DNA of 64,000 bases from an uncultured virus (IMG/VR IMGVR_UViG_3300042485_000398) (IMGVR_UViG_3300042485_000398:1-64000); one strand, 5' to 3'. Positions 27,133-37,217 are shown, counted from the stretch's first letter. The notes: generated from the letters alone by a model not told the origin. Numbers and translations: made by a program.

Positions 27133-28184
27133 ACGGTAACGTTCTGTGCCTCAACATAGAGTGTCTGTAGAATAGACTTAATACGGTTCTTTTCCAAATC
27201 GGTTTGAATGGTGTCAACAAAATCTGAGAGAACCGACATAGTATCTTCTACATTTAACTCTTCATCATCCGTCGCTTCTGTTTCAAATTCAGAAAAGTCT
27301 TCGATGATTTTAAGTTCGATTAGATTTAAATCATATAGCTTATCAACGAAGCGGTCAAACTTATAGAAGTCAGTTTTCTTCACAACTACCAAACGAACAC
27401 AAGATCCGACCATAGGTAGAAGGTCGATAGCAGAGGGGTCACCATTAGTATCGTCATAATAGATTTTATGGAAGATTTGAAATGGGTTCTCAAAGAATTC
27501 TACCTCATTTGTTTCCGTATCATATAAGTGATACCCTCTCTTATCATTATAATCAGACCAAGTAAACTCATAGGTATTACCAAGATAAAGAATATTACCA
27601 GTGCGACTACGATGGTGGAAATGACCACTACAAACGAGAGGAAATCTATCAAAGTCCACAGTATCCATTCCGTGATCATTTTTATGCCCACGGTACATTT
27701 CAAAACCTGAAAATTCAAAGTGTCCAAATACTGCTTGTGCATTACTTTTCTTTACTACCTCCATAGTTTCTGAATAATTACCAGAACAAATCCATGGAAC
27801 AAGTAGTAGATTTTTTCCGTCTAATCTAATTTCTTCTGCTTCCGAATATGTAATAATGTTTTCATACTCACGGAGCAGAAGGTCCAGTGAGTTTACATCG
27901 TTAGTATTCTTGAAGAAAGTATCGTGGTTTCCAGCAATCATATGAACATCGATGCCCAAATCACTGGTCTTGTCAAAGAAATACTCACGGCACTTCTTCA
28001 ACGTATTATAATTTATAAACTTGCGCCGATCAAAGACATCACCCAAGTGAATGATAGTCTTGATACCTTCTCGTTCCATATGAGGAAAGAATGTTTCCGT
28101 GTAGAACTTCGCAAAGAAGTTATCGAAGGGAATAGAATCCGACCTAGCACCAAAGTGAGTGTCAGTAATTAGCGCAATCTTCAT
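27129..28184 (-). CDS. gp47: Recombination endonuclease subunit gp47 (Mre11/SbcD-like)
   Basis: DTHFG, LGDVFD, GNHD and SGHFH motifs. Confidence 0.96.
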   Translation of the reverse strand: MKIALITDTHFGARSDSIPFDNFFAKFYTETFFPHMEREGIKTIIHLGDVFDRRKFINYNTLKKCREYFFDKTSDLGIDVHMIAGNHDTFFKNTNDVNSLDLLLREYENIITYSEAEEIRLDGKNLLLVPWICSGNYSETMEVVKKSNAQAVFGHFEFSGFEMYRGHKNDHGMDTVDFDRFPLVCSGHFHHRSRTGNILYLGNTYEFTWSDYNDKRGYHLYDTETNEVEFFENPFQIFHKIYYDDTNGDPSAIDLLPMVGSCVRLVVVKKTDFYKFDRFVDKLYDLNLIELKIIEDFSEFETEATDDEELNVEDTMSVLSDFVDTIQTDLEKNRIKSILQTLYVEAQNVTV

Positions 28185-28720
28185 GACTTTAGAATTCCAA
28201 GTAGAGTATTGGTCTGGCTGATAGCATCATCAAGTGCATGGTGATGCGTATCATTTTCAGCGGCACGAATCTTAGCATTGCTAAGCCCCATAAGGTTCAT
28301 CACAGTGCGATAACACATGATGTTACTAAAGCGCCAAGGGTATGGCATACCGACCGCTGCATATCCAGACTCCAGAATAGAGATGTCAAACGATGCACCA
28401 TTACCCCACGGCATTACCTTGTCTCTACCAATCCAGTCAGTGAAATTTTGTAGTGCGTCCACGAGTTGCAGTTGGTCGACCAGAAGAGCATCTCTAGCCG
28501 CCGCACTTTGCTGCATCCACCAATCAATAGTAGACTTGTCAACGTGAAGACCCGCGGCCTTACAAGATTTGGCATCGATGTTACAGTAGAACTTATCGAT
28601 AATGCCTTCACCGATAGTGAACTTGGTAGCACCAATAGAAAGAATGGTCGCGTTGGCTCTTGTCGAAAGAGTTTCCAAGTCAATCATCACATGAACGGTA
28701 GTAGGATCAGTTACTTTCAT
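28181..28720 (-). CDS. DEDDh 3'-5' exonuclease (DexA/ExoVIII-like)
   Basis: MIDLETL, WGNGASFD and HHALDDA motifs. Confidence 0.88.
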   Translation of the reverse strand: MKVTDPTTVHVMIDLETLSTRANATILSIGATKFTIGEGIIDKFYCNIDAKSCKAAGLHVDKSTIDWWMQQSAAARDALLVDQLQLVDALQNFTDWIGRDKVMPWGNGASFDISILESGYAAVGMPYPWRFSNIMCYRTVMNLMGLSNAKIRAAENDTHHHALDDAISQTNTLLGILKS

Positions 28721-28884
28721 TTACGCTTCTCTTTTGCATATTGTGATAATGCCTTATCGCAGTAGTCACGAATATTTTCTACCGTCACCATATAGTTATG
28801 TCTGATATTAGACGGCGTTGCCTTGTCCTGCATAGTATCGACCATCTGCTGGACGATTGCAGGAACAATTAGTTCCTTAGTCAT
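28717..28884 (-). CDS. Small hypothetical protein, 55 aa (below the ORF-track cutoff)
   Basis: MTKELIVPAIVQQMVD...ENIRDYCDKAL; SD AAGGTG; ATGA coupling to the exonuclease. Confidence 0.7.
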   Translation of the reverse strand: MTKELIVPAIVQQMVDTMQDKATPSNIRHNYMVTVENIRDYCDKALSQYAKEKRK

Positions 28885-28892
28885 ATTACACC

Positions 28893-29234
28893 TTATTTTT
28901 TATCTGCCCCCGACGTGGGAGTTGCAGCATTTGCGACATCAGGAATAGCTTTCTCTAGCGCCTGTTCCGCATCAAGCTCTTCACCTTCTTGAAGGCGCTT
29001 CAATGCAATTTGACCGTTACAAATCATGTAGTGCTGACCTTCACCGAGTTTAGAAGATTCGAGGTAGATGCACCCGGCATTCTGAACCGAAATAGTCTGC
29101 ACTTCTTCGCGATGACCTGCAATGCTATTGCCAACAGAAATCAAAGCAGTAGAAACAACGCCCAGAATCAACAGGGAGAACCAGTTATCAGAAACAAACT
29201 TGACAGCATTATTAGTTTTTGGAGAATCAATCAT
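28893..29234 (-). CDS. Hypothetical membrane-anchored protein
   Basis: N-terminal TM segment WFSLLILGVVSTALISVG; two Cys in the following domain. Confidence 0.6.
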   Translation of the reverse strand: MIDSPKTNNAVKFVSDNWFSLLILGVVSTALISVGNSIAGHREEVQTISVQNAGCIYLESSKLGEGQHYMICNGQIALKRLQEGEELDAEQALEKAIPDVANAATPTSGADKK

Positions 29235-29268
29235 AAATGTACCTTTCAATTAGAGTGATGTTCTCATC

Positions 29269-29853
29269 TTACTCTAAATCTAGTCCAGAGTCAATAGTTT
29301 TTTGTTTATCCAGATATTTTGGTCGGCGCTTAGGAATATTACTGACCTCCGCTGGCTTATCAAAGTCTTCTACCAGGTCAATCGTCTTTTTAAGATAGTC
29401 AATGAACTCGTTGCCATAATCACCACCGTCATGGTCTTGGGTAATCAAATCATGAACATCTAGATTGCGGATGTATCGGTACTTTGCAGCCTGTTGCTTC
29501 TTCTCTTTCGCAATACGGCGTAAGAAGGCATAATACGTAATCTGTGTGAAGTATGCAAAGGGGTTCTTAGACTTAGCAGGATCGAAGTTATCGATGTAAG
29601 TAATACAGTTTTCAATTCCATCAAGGATCATTTCCTCACGATAGGTATAATTGATGAAGTTAGATTTATATGCCAAGTGATTAGCAATCTTGAGGAAGCA
29701 TTCGCCTAGATAATTGGGCACACGAGGCTTCTTACTACGATCATAGTCCGGTTCAGCTTTAGCAGCCAAAACCTTTTCTCTATACTCTGTAATCTTTTCT
29801 AGAAACAAAGCATTGTCTACATAGTGAACATTATTTTTTCTATTCTTGACCAT
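29269..29853 (-). CDS. gp55: Late transcription sigma factor gp55
   Basis: HYVDN, NFINYTYREEMILDGIENC and NPFAYFTQITYYAFLRRI motifs. Confidence 0.96.
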   Translation of the reverse strand: MVKNRKNNVHYVDNALFLEKITEYREKVLAAKAEPDYDRSKKPRVPNYLGECFLKIANHLAYKSNFINYTYREEMILDGIENCITYIDNFDPAKSKNPFAYFTQITYYAFLRRIAKEKKQQAAKYRYIRNLDVHDLITQDHDGGDYGNEFIDYLKKTIDLVEDFDKPAEVSNIPKRRPKYLDKQKTIDSGLDLE

Positions 29854-29877
29854 AGGGCCTCCATCATGATATAATCT

Positions 29878-29906
29878 GTTATACTACATTTTTTTGCATA
29901 TGGCAA
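29878..29906 (-). promoter_or_regulatory. Sigma70-like promoter of gp55
   Basis: TTGCCA-N17-TATAAC. Confidence 0.55.
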
Positions 29907-29981
29907 CATTTTTATTGAAAAAAGTATTTACAACTAGTGATTCTTGGTGTATAAGAAGAGTGTAGCTCTTCAAGAATAACT

Positions 29982-30344
29982 TCAATTAAGTAATCCTTTG
30001 CTTCTTAGTATTCTTGCTTGAAGCATTTCCATCTCATCAAAGTCTTCAATGTCTTCTACCGGTTCGGGGTAATTCCCCGTGTAGGAGAGATACTGTTGTA
30101 GCAGATTTTCTTTTAAAGAGCAAGAGGTAAGTATCTCTTTGGCACTTAAAAGAAAACTTTTATCTGGTGAAATTCCAATCCATGGCTTCAAGAGAAAAGT
30201 TTCTCCGTTTATTCCGTCATGGTTGACTTGAACCGCAATGACGGCAATAGGATCGTCTAACCAATAATTATTAGGGTCTGCTAGGCGAACACTTGCTATT
30301 AGTGTTTCGCCATTTTTTAATCTTAGGACGGTCACTTCACTCAT
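29982..30344 (-). CDS. Conserved T4-like hypothetical between uvsW and gp55
   Basis: LRLKNGETLIA...LKPW Sm-like pattern; synteny. Confidence 0.6.
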   Translation of the reverse strand: MSEVTVLRLKNGETLIASVRLADPNNYWLDDPIAVIAVQVNHDGINGETFLLKPWIGISPDKSFLLSAKEILTSCSLKENLLQQYLSYTGNYPEPVEDIEDFDEMEMLQARILRSKGLLN

Positions 30345-31822
30345 AGCTTTATTCTCACTAATTTGTAGTTGAAACCTTCTTCATTATATATCTTAATTCT
30401 TTCCACCATATGGGAAAGGGTATAGTTCTTTCGGCTCTTCCATGTTAGGTCATCACCGATATCAAATAGTCTGCACATTGTCTTGTCGGTACCCTTTCGT
30501 AGTCCTCTACCAATCGATTGTAAATTTCGGATACGCGATTTGGAAGGTGATGCAAAGATGACGTTGTGTAGATTTCTTATATTTATACCCGTTGAAAACG
30601 TGCCATAGGACGCTATGATAATGGCATCTTTTTCTTTTTCTGTGATATCTCTAATGGCTTCTCGCTGTTGCGTATCCGTTCCACCATGGACAAAGAAAAC
30701 TTGGCGAGTATCTCCAACCTTATTGTTGATTAGGTCATACAAAACTTGGCCATGCTTTTCAACAAACTGAAATAGAACAAGTGTATTACCCTTTTGAGTG
30801 GTAGCAAGGTTTTTAATCACGTTGTTGCGCTTGGGGTGTGTAACCAGCCAGTCCATTTCTTCTTGATATGTGTAGGTCTTTAGAGCCTTCTTTTCCTCGT
30901 CTGTGTAGTCCAGAAGAATACAGTGAATGTCAAGATCGGCTACTGAGCCTTGGTCCATCAGTTCCTTAGTAGAGATGACTTTCTTTACCTTACCGAACAG
31001 ACCCTCAAGAATAAGTTTATGAGTCTTCATTCCATCTAATGTGCCGGTGGTACCGATACGATACTTTGTGTTGACGCACTTATCAAAGATTGATGTCAAT
31101 GACTTTGCTTTAAACAAGTGGGCTTCATCGCCATAGATTACATCAAATTCATCAAAGAATTTTTTAGGTAACTTGTAGATAGACTGCCAAGTGGAGATAA
31201 CAATAGAGGCTTCGTTTGACTTTTCATGGCCAGCGTAAATCTTGGCGCAGTTCTGAGATACGTACCACTCGGTGTGTGATGCATAGTCTTGAAAGTCTTT
31301 ATACATTTGTTCTACCAGTGAAGTGGTGGGAACAATGATAAGTTGTTTGCGACCGAACTGTTGATGGTATCTCATTAGTAGATAGATGATTAGAGACTTA
31401 CCAGATGCGGTAGGCGATAGTAGCAATGTGCGACCGATACGTATAGCGTATTTAACGGCTTCTAACTGGTAGTCTCTTGTCTCAATTGGCTTATCTTGGC
31501 TATGTAAGTTCAAAGATTCCGCGAACTTCTGCACATCCTCCATAGTAACTGGATCACCGATACGCTCCATGTCAACGTCTACGCTGTAGTCTAGACGCTC
31601 GGCAAACTCTCTGAGGTATGGCAGAAGGCCAACATAAAGTTCTTTTGTCCAGATATTAAACAGTCTGGCTTTACCGTCCCATAGTTTGGCGCGATACGTT
31701 GGCATGAAACGTGCGCCCGGGACTTCAAAAGTGAAGTAATCATTTATTTCTTGTGCAATACCTGGGTCACAATCGACCTTTAGGTGCACCTCATTTTTCT
31801 TGGAAACTTTTAGATCACTCAC
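30341..31822 (-). CDS. uvsW: DNA/RNA helicase UvsW
   Basis: RDYQ, SPTASGKS, DEAH and QSIGRGLR motifs. Confidence 0.96.
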   Translation of the reverse strand: MSDLKVSKKNEVHLKVDCDPGIAQEINDYFTFEVPGARFMPTYRAKLWDGKARLFNIWTKELYVGLLPYLREFAERLDYSVDVDMERIGDPVTMEDVQKFAESLNLHSQDKPIETRDYQLEAVKYAIRIGRTLLLSPTASGKSLIIYLLMRYHQQFGRKQLIIVPTTSLVEQMYKDFQDYASHTEWYVSQNCAKIYAGHEKSNEASIVISTWQSIYKLPKKFFDEFDVIYGDEAHLFKAKSLTSIFDKCVNTKYRIGTTGTLDGMKTHKLILEGLFGKVKKVISTKELMDQGSVADLDIHCILLDYTDEEKKALKTYTYQEEMDWLVTHPKRNNVIKNLATTQKGNTLVLFQFVEKHGQVLYDLINNKVGDTRQVFFVHGGTDTQQREAIRDITEKEKDAIIIASYGTFSTGINIRNLHNVIFASPSKSRIRNLQSIGRGLRKGTDKTMCRLFDIGDDLTWKSRKNYTLSHMVERIKIYNEEGFNYKLVRIKL

Positions 31823-32259
31823 ATCAATCCGTTTGTAAATTTAGTCCACTCAATGGCATTCTTAATGTCCCATGTTCTACTATTTAGTGAGCGTATAATT
31901 TGCTCCAACTGATAGAGCAGGGCTTTAACATATTCTACTTTATCCATAGCACGAATGATATCCTCATCGCAATTGATACGATCTTCCATATCATGCTTCA
32001 ATGGCTTTAGGCCTTGATACTGGTTCCAACCCTTATCTTGTAGTTCATCTAGGGTCATTTCACCGCGAAAGTATTTACCTTTATCGCGCCGTAGACGATA
32101 GTAATCTGCTTCTGCTTTTCGCAGTTGCAGTTTAGTATTTGAAAGAATATTCAAATACTTTGCATGTAATTCTGGCGTTTTAGTGGATTCTCTACCTAGA
32201 TTTAGCTCATCTATTTTAGAATCGCCTGTCCACATTTCTTGGACTTCTGATAATTTCAT
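31819..32259 (-). CDS. uvsY: Recombination mediator UvsY
   Basis: PELHAKYL and RTWDIKNAIEW; gp3-uvsY-uvsW synteny. Confidence 0.9.
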   Translation of the reverse strand: MKLSEVQEMWTGDSKIDELNLGRESTKTPELHAKYLNILSNTKLQLRKAEADYYRLRRDKGKYFRGEMTLDELQDKGWNQYQGLKPLKHDMEDRINCDEDIIRAMDKVEYVKALLYQLEQIIRSLNSRTWDIKNAIEWTKFTNGLM

Positions 32260-32275
32260 AATATAACCTCAATAG

Positions 32276-32812
32276 TTATTGAATAAACTTATACATCGTA
32301 TATTTAAAAGTGACCTGTGCTGTTAGATACTGGACATTACCATCACTGATATCAAATTCCAGTCCCTGTAAACTTGTTGGATAACAATCAATGAATTTAA
32401 TTTCCATGGCTTTATTTAGATCGGAATCTAGAACGATTAATGTACCATCAGAATAATCACCAGAGCTACTAAATCCTTTTTCAGTTCCGCCCCTGGCTTG
32501 TTTGAATTCTTTATACTGGTTACGCTCTTCTGGAAAGCCTAGACCAATTAGCCAATCGTGTAACTCAATATAGTTTTGGAAGTTTTCTTGAACGATAAAC
32601 TTTATGGTCAATTCATCATACGTAAGATTGGTACCAGGAACAGTGAAGTCTACCAATGGATTGGCAACATATGCATTACCGATTGATAATGCAGGAATCA
32701 TAGCAGACTGACAAAAGAAAGATACATTAGGAAGCGTGTCAATATTAAACTGAAAACCATTTGGCCTCAGATAATTTAAAGTATCCGGTGTATCTAAAAT
32801 TCGTCTTGACAT
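32276..32812 (-). CDS. gp3: Tail completion/tube terminator (gp3-like)
   Basis: NYLRPNGFQF, FFCQSAMIP, YIELHDWL and YPTSL motifs; position after gp23. Confidence 0.85.
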   Translation of the reverse strand: MSRRILDTPDTLNYLRPNGFQFNIDTLPNVSFFCQSAMIPALSIGNAYVANPLVDFTVPGTNLTYDELTIKFIVQENFQNYIELHDWLIGLGFPEERNQYKEFKQARGGTEKGFSSSGDYSDGTLIVLDSDLNKAMEIKFIDCYPTSLQGLEFDISDGNVQYLTAQVTFKYTMYKFIQ

Positions 32813-32828
32813 ATCTTTCTCCGTCTAT

Positions 32829-32836
32829 TATTTATA
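32829..32836 (-). promoter_or_regulatory. Late promoter TATAAATA (gp3)
   Basis: Exact consensus. Confidence 0.8.
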
Positions 32837-32839
32837 ACG

Positions 32840-32868
32840 AAAAAGGGGAGAGCATTTCTGCTCCCCCC
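32840..32868 (-). terminator. Rho-independent terminator after the major capsid gene
   Basis: GGGGGGAGCA-GAAA-TGCTCTCCCC followed by TTTTT; a U-tract on the other side as well. Confidence 0.85.
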
Positions 32869-32906
32869 AGTTTTTTGCAACCCTTCCTCTAATGGGAAGG
32901 TATCGA

Positions 32907-34199
32907 TTACATAAGGTTAGTAACCTTAACGCGACGATAGTATTGGTTACGGTTGGCAGTGAATGTATCACCGTCAGTTGTGCCGTTCGACTGTGTTACG
33001 TATGGGTTAGCAATCATGCCGTAACGTGTCTTGAAGCCAATCTTTGGCTGGAAGCTGTTAGGGTCGATAGCACGAACCATTTGTAGTGGAACGTATGGGC
33101 AATAGAAGAGACCAGCATCATATGCTGTAGCGCCCTTATAACCAACAACGTAGAACTGGCTAGCAGCGCCTGTGTTAGCTGAGTAAGGGTCGATGTAAAC
33201 CTTCTTACCACCGATTGTACCAACAAAGGTGTTACCTGTGTCGTCCGACTCAAGAGTTGGCGAACCTTGTAGGGCGCGACCAGTGTCAAGAACACCAGCC
33301 ATAGCTAGAGCAGCCGCAACATCTGACGAACAGATGATGAAGTTACCCTTACCACGACGGGTATCTTGTGCGATTACGTTAGCGTCACGTTCGATGTTGA
33401 ACAGAAGACCCTTGAAACGCTCAACGCTCCAACGACCGTTCGAGTCAACGTCAAGGTCGAAAGTACCAGCTGTTGCTGTTGAAGCAGCACCGGTCTTAGC
33501 AACCTTGTAGATTGTGCGAACAACTTCACGGTTGATTTCGTTCAGAATTTCTTGCGAAAGAATGTTCGAAAGTTCTGATTCAGCATCAAGACCGTGAATA
33601 GCCTTAAGATCCTGTGCCAGTTCAACTGTGTATTCTGCCTTTAGAGCGCGTGTCTTAGCAGTAACAGTTGTCTTTTCGATGCTGAATGCCATTTCGCCGA
33701 AATCGCCGTCACCTTCGCCGCCAGCGCCTAGACGTTCTGCCGCAGAAGTAGCCAAGCCAGTACCTGTGGTGTAGCTACCGTCAACTGGGTTCGAACCAGC
33801 GTGAGTACCAGTACCAGAGAAGTCTGTATCGGCTTCGTTGAAGAGAGCTTCTGTGCCGTCTTGTGTGCTGTAGTTTGACTTCATAGCGAAGATCAAGCCA
33901 GTTGGGCCAGTCATCGGCTGAACGCCAGCTACGTCATAAGCCATTAGGTTAGGAAGAGCGCGACGAACGAGCGAGATGAGAATTGGGTCATAACGGTCGA
34001 TGTTTGCTGCACCCGAACCAGCAATGTTATTTGCTGGAGCGTCTTCGAAAAGTGCAGACTTTTCTTCGCGTAGGGCCTTTTCTTGGTTTTCAAGAACGAC
34101 GGCTGTAACTGCGCGACGGTAGTTGTCCTTAATCTCGCCGAGACCGCCGTGATTTAGAACAGGTTCCCACTTCTTCTGTAGTTGTTCTGAAAGAAACAT
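32907..34199 (-). CDS. gp23: Major capsid protein gp23
   Basis: VQPMTGPTGLIFAM, ELAQDLKAIHGLDAE, FYCPYVPLQM and GFKTRYG motifs. Confidence 0.98.
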   Translation of the reverse strand: MFLSEQLQKKWEPVLNHGGLGEIKDNYRRAVTAVVLENQEKALREEKSALFEDAPANNIAGSGAANIDRYDPILISLVRRALPNLMAYDVAGVQPMTGPTGLIFAMKSNYSTQDGTEALFNEADTDFSGTGTHAGSNPVDGSYTTGTGLATSAAERLGAGGEGDGDFGEMAFSIEKTTVTAKTRALKAEYTVELAQDLKAIHGLDAESELSNILSQEILNEINREVVRTIYKVAKTGAASTATAGTFDLDVDSNGRWSVERFKGLLFNIERDANVIAQDTRRGKGNFIICSSDVAAALAMAGVLDTGRALQGSPTLESDDTGNTFVGTIGGKKVYIDPYSANTGAASQFYVVGYKGATAYDAGLFYCPYVPLQMVRAIDPNSFQPKIGFKTRYGMIANPYVTQSNGTTDGDTFTANRNQYYRRVKVTNLM

Positions 34200-34229
34200 T
34201 TAGTTTTCTCCTTGTGTGTCAATATCTTT

Positions 34230-34237
34230 TATTTATA
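34230..34237 (-). promoter_or_regulatory. Late promoter TATAAATA (gp23)
   Basis: Exact consensus. Confidence 0.85.
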
Positions 34238-34242
34238 AAAAA

Positions 34243-35403
34243 TTACTTTTGAGCAGCAATCTTATCCAGTGCTTGGACATACTTACTGACTGTCGATTCG
34301 TCTAAGACTTCCACGCCTTCATCTTCTAGTTTGTCTTCCACGATAGTAGTTGACTTAGAAGCAGGGAAATAATTTTCCTTGATGACGTTTAGCTTTTCTT
34401 CAAAGATGTCTGCGTTCTCGAATTCTACATCAGCTACCAACGACTTAAACTTTTCAGCATCGGTCTTTGCAAGGTCCTCAGAAACAACGGCGAAAACGCC
34501 TTGCTTCAAAAGAGCTACATTGTTATTGTGCAGTTCTACATTTGCAGAAATTTGTTCGTCCAACTTAGCAGATACTTCTTCTAGTTGGGCTTGCATTTCA
34601 CCAAGCACATCATATTTCTCTTCGGGAACATCAATGTAATGTTCTGCGAACAGGTTCTTCATGCTGTTGATGAATGATTCCGCGATGTCGGTGCGAAGAC
34701 CATTTTCAACAGCAAGTGCGTTGTCTTCAACCCACTTTTCAATTACATAACCAAGATAAGAATCGACCTTCTCGGTCAAGTCGGCCTTGAACTCTTCCAT
34801 CAATTCAGCCGCTTCAGAGATTAGACTTTCTTCGATTTGCTGAACTTGATTGGATACACGGGCAGTTACCATTGCTTCAAAGAGCGACGATGCTTTGCCA
34901 CGGAATTCTTCTGATAGGTCTTCGTTACCATCAAAGAGAGTAGCGAGATCAGTAGTGAAATCTTCTTCGATCATTTCGCCATCTTCCTCTGTTTCTTCTT
35001 GATGAACATTACCTCTTGACGATGCCATGTTTACAACCGAAGTTGGGTCACTATGGGTCGTGAAGTTAGGTGCTGCACCGGCGCCGCCCTGAGAAAGTGT
35101 AGCCTGATTGCTGGAAACTGGAGCAGCTTCCTTAGCACCTGGATTATCAGTTTCTTCATCACGCTCACTGGAAATAGTAGCATCTTGTGAATCGCCTTGG
35201 CGAGGTTGAGTTTGATCGCCTGCAACCTTAGCTGGGATGGATGTATCCTTACCACCGGCAGCGCCTAGTTTGCCAGCAGCAGGTGCGTCTTCGGAAGAAC
35301 CCTGTTTAGGGTTAGTTGCATCACCTGCAACCTTCTCATCTAGAACTTCCTCGGATAGTTGCTTCTTAGTTAGCAACTCTCTGATTTTGTTTTCTACACT
35401 CAT
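34243..35403 (-). CDS. gp22: Prohead scaffold/core protein gp22
   Basis: LSEEFRGKASSLFEAMV, VDSYLGYVIEKW and IKENYF; long N-terminal extension. Confidence 0.92.
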   Translation of the reverse strand: MSVENKIRELLTKKQLSEEVLDEKVAGDATNPKQGSSEDAPAAGKLGAAGGKDTSIPAKVAGDQTQPRQGDSQDATISSERDEETDNPGAKEAAPVSSNQATLSQGGAGAAPNFTTHSDPTSVVNMASSRGNVHQEETEEDGEMIEEDFTTDLATLFDGNEDLSEEFRGKASSLFEAMVTARVSNQVQQIEESLISEAAELMEEFKADLTEKVDSYLGYVIEKWVEDNALAVENGLRTDIAESFINSMKNLFAEHYIDVPEEKYDVLGEMQAQLEEVSAKLDEQISANVELHNNNVALLKQGVFAVVSEDLAKTDAEKFKSLVADVEFENADIFEEKLNVIKENYFPASKSTTIVEDKLEDEGVEVLDESTVSKYVQALDKIAAQK

Positions 35404-35432
35404 TTGCGTCTCCTAAATGGATTTTTATATTC

Positions 35433-35440
35433 TATTTATA
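35433..35440 (-). promoter_or_regulatory. Late promoter TATAAATA (gp22)
   Basis: Exact consensus. Confidence 0.8.
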
Positions 35441-35446
35441 AAAATA

Positions 35447-36103
35447 TTACTTTGAAGAAAGATGACGCAAGAAACGTTCAAAGATTTGGATCTTTGCTTC
35501 TTCAAGTTGTTTCTTACTTGCTTTCTTAATATACTTCTTAGACATATCGCAATGCTGTTCGGTCCAAACACCATTCACAACTAGCCATTCTTTATTTTCC
35601 ATGATACCACGAACAAAGGCATCTGGTGCTGAAGGGTCAGCTACGATATCAGCCGCTGTTGCTAGATGAAAATCATCTTGCACAACTTGAACGCCGTCTC
35701 TGTTTTCCTTCAAAGTACCGAGGCCTCTTGACGAAACGCCAAGTTGACCGCCAGACTCAATTAGACCACGAGCGATATTGCCCATTGGTGTTTCTGTTAG
35801 TTTCGCTTTACCAATCCAGTTATCACCATCTTGGCGAAGTTCTGTAATGATATGCGATACTCTATCTAGATTGATTGATGGACCATCTGGATGTCCCAAT
35901 TCACCAAAGGCTCTATTGTTCTCAACTGCTTCCTTCATGTAACGATTGATTTCTTTACCCATGATGTCTCCTGGGTACATACGGCCGTTACGATTTTTAA
36001 TGTTGGACTGCAGGAAAACACCCTCGATATAGAGAGTCTTTTTACCTTCTTTTTCTTCTGTGATATAACGAACTTGTTCGTTGACTTCGGTAATAAGTTT
36101 CAT
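35447..36103 (-). CDS. gp21: Prohead protease gp21
   Basis: MKLITE, NRNGRMY, GELGHP, GVSSRGLG and DIVADPSAPDA motifs. Confidence 0.96.
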   Translation of the reverse strand: MKLITEVNEQVRYITEEKEGKKTLYIEGVFLQSNIKNRNGRMYPGDIMGKEINRYMKEAVENNRAFGELGHPDGPSINLDRVSHIITELRQDGDNWIGKAKLTETPMGNIARGLIESGGQLGVSSRGLGTLKENRDGVQVVQDDFHLATAADIVADPSAPDAFVRGIMENKEWLVVNGVWTEQHCDMSKKYIKKASKKQLEEAKIQIFERFLRHLSSK

Positions 36104-36480
36104 TAGCCTAGGTCTCCTTGATCTTGATGTTGTTGTGGACCATAACCGGAAACCTTAGCAAGTTCTAGGACTACTGCACCTGAGCCAGAAGAAAAGTCAA
36201 CTACAATATCTGAGCCATTTTCTTCGTTGTCTGACCAGCCCAAGAATTCCATCTTGCCTGTACCAGAAAGATAATATAGAACTTCACTGTCTCTAGTAAC
36301 CGTAGCGGTATCTCCATCTGACATTCCCCAATGAATGGTACGAATGTTTACTTTAGGTGAAGACTGTGTTTCAGATGTCTTCTTTAGGTCGGTAGCAAGG
36401 GCAATAGTGGCAGACCCAGTCCCGCGCACTTTCACCACGCCATGAACTTGTGTTAGTTTTAGAATTGCTTTAGTCGCCAT
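36103..36480 (-). CDS. Hypothetical protein in the head gene cluster
   Basis: 125 aa, coupled to gp21. Confidence 0.6.
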   Translation of the reverse strand: MATKAILKLTQVHGVVKVRGTGSATIALATDLKKTSETQSSPKVNIRTIHWGMSDGDTATVTRDSEVLYYLSGTGKMEFLGWSDNEENGSDIVVDFSSGSGAVVLELAKVSGYGPQQHQDQGDLG

Positions 36481-36496
36481 TTACTATTCCCTTTAA

Positions 36497-36970
36497 TTAT
36501 TTCTTCTTACCGCGAAGAAGTTTAAAATCGTGTCCGTCAACTTTACCATTCTTATTGGCGTCAATCTTATGCTGATCGCCCTTTAGTTCTTCGTCAGTCT
36601 GTTCTACTTCTTCGTTGGCTTTCTTAGCCCTCTCAATTGTTTTGAGCGCACGCATAGAACCCATCATGTCTTTGTTCATCTTGGCAAAAGACTGTGGTTT
36701 CTTTAACGAGCTGGATTTACCATCTGCACTAGTATTATAATCTCTTTCGTGCTTTCCTTTTAGGTAACGATTCGCCATATCGGAAGAGATTTCATCGATT
36801 GTTTCGACTTCTTCGTTCGACAACTTGGCAGCAATAGCCATCTGACGGCGCTTCTCGTCGCTCTTACCCTTGAATTGAGGAGCATCGGAGTCCTTGAAGT
36901 CTTTGATAACATCACCCATCTTGGCTTTCGCCATGTTGATGCGCTCTTGAAGTTGTTTATAGGTCTTCAT
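36497..36970 (-). CDS. Prohead core protein (gp68-like position)
   Basis: Starts MKTYKQLQE (CTS-like); EEVETIDE and EEVEQTDE linkers; C-terminal IDANKNGKVDGHDFKLLR (EF-hand-like). Confidence 0.6.
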   Translation of the reverse strand: MKTYKQLQERINMAKAKMGDVIKDFKDSDAPQFKGKSDEKRRQMAIAAKLSNEEVETIDEISSDMANRYLKGKHERDYNTSADGKSSSLKKPQSFAKMNKDMMGSMRALKTIERAKKANEEVEQTDEELKGDQHKIDANKNGKVDGHDFKLLRGKKK

Positions 36971-37217
36971 CGGTGTCCTCTATTTCTTCTAAATCGCCAT
37001 GGTCATTTTCGTCGGTTACTTCGTAGTGATCGAAATCTTCGACATCATTATCTTCTGGCGTATCGTTATAAATTCCAGCTGCCATATCTTGTCGCATTTG
37101 ATCTAATTGTTCGCCTGCTTTAAGGTCCATAATATCATTAAAAACTTGTTCGGCATCTGCAAAGGTGCCGCTTTCAATGTTATTTATTAAGTCACTAATG
37201 TTACTGTTGTCCATCAT
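36957..37217 (-). CDS. Prohead core protein (gp67-like)
   Basis: Small acidic ORF directly after the portal gene. Confidence 0.6.
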   Translation of the reverse strand: MMDNSNISDLINNIESGTFADAEQVFNDIMDLKAGEQLDQMRQDMAAGIYNDTPEDNDVEDFDHYEVTDENDHGDLEEIEDTDEDL

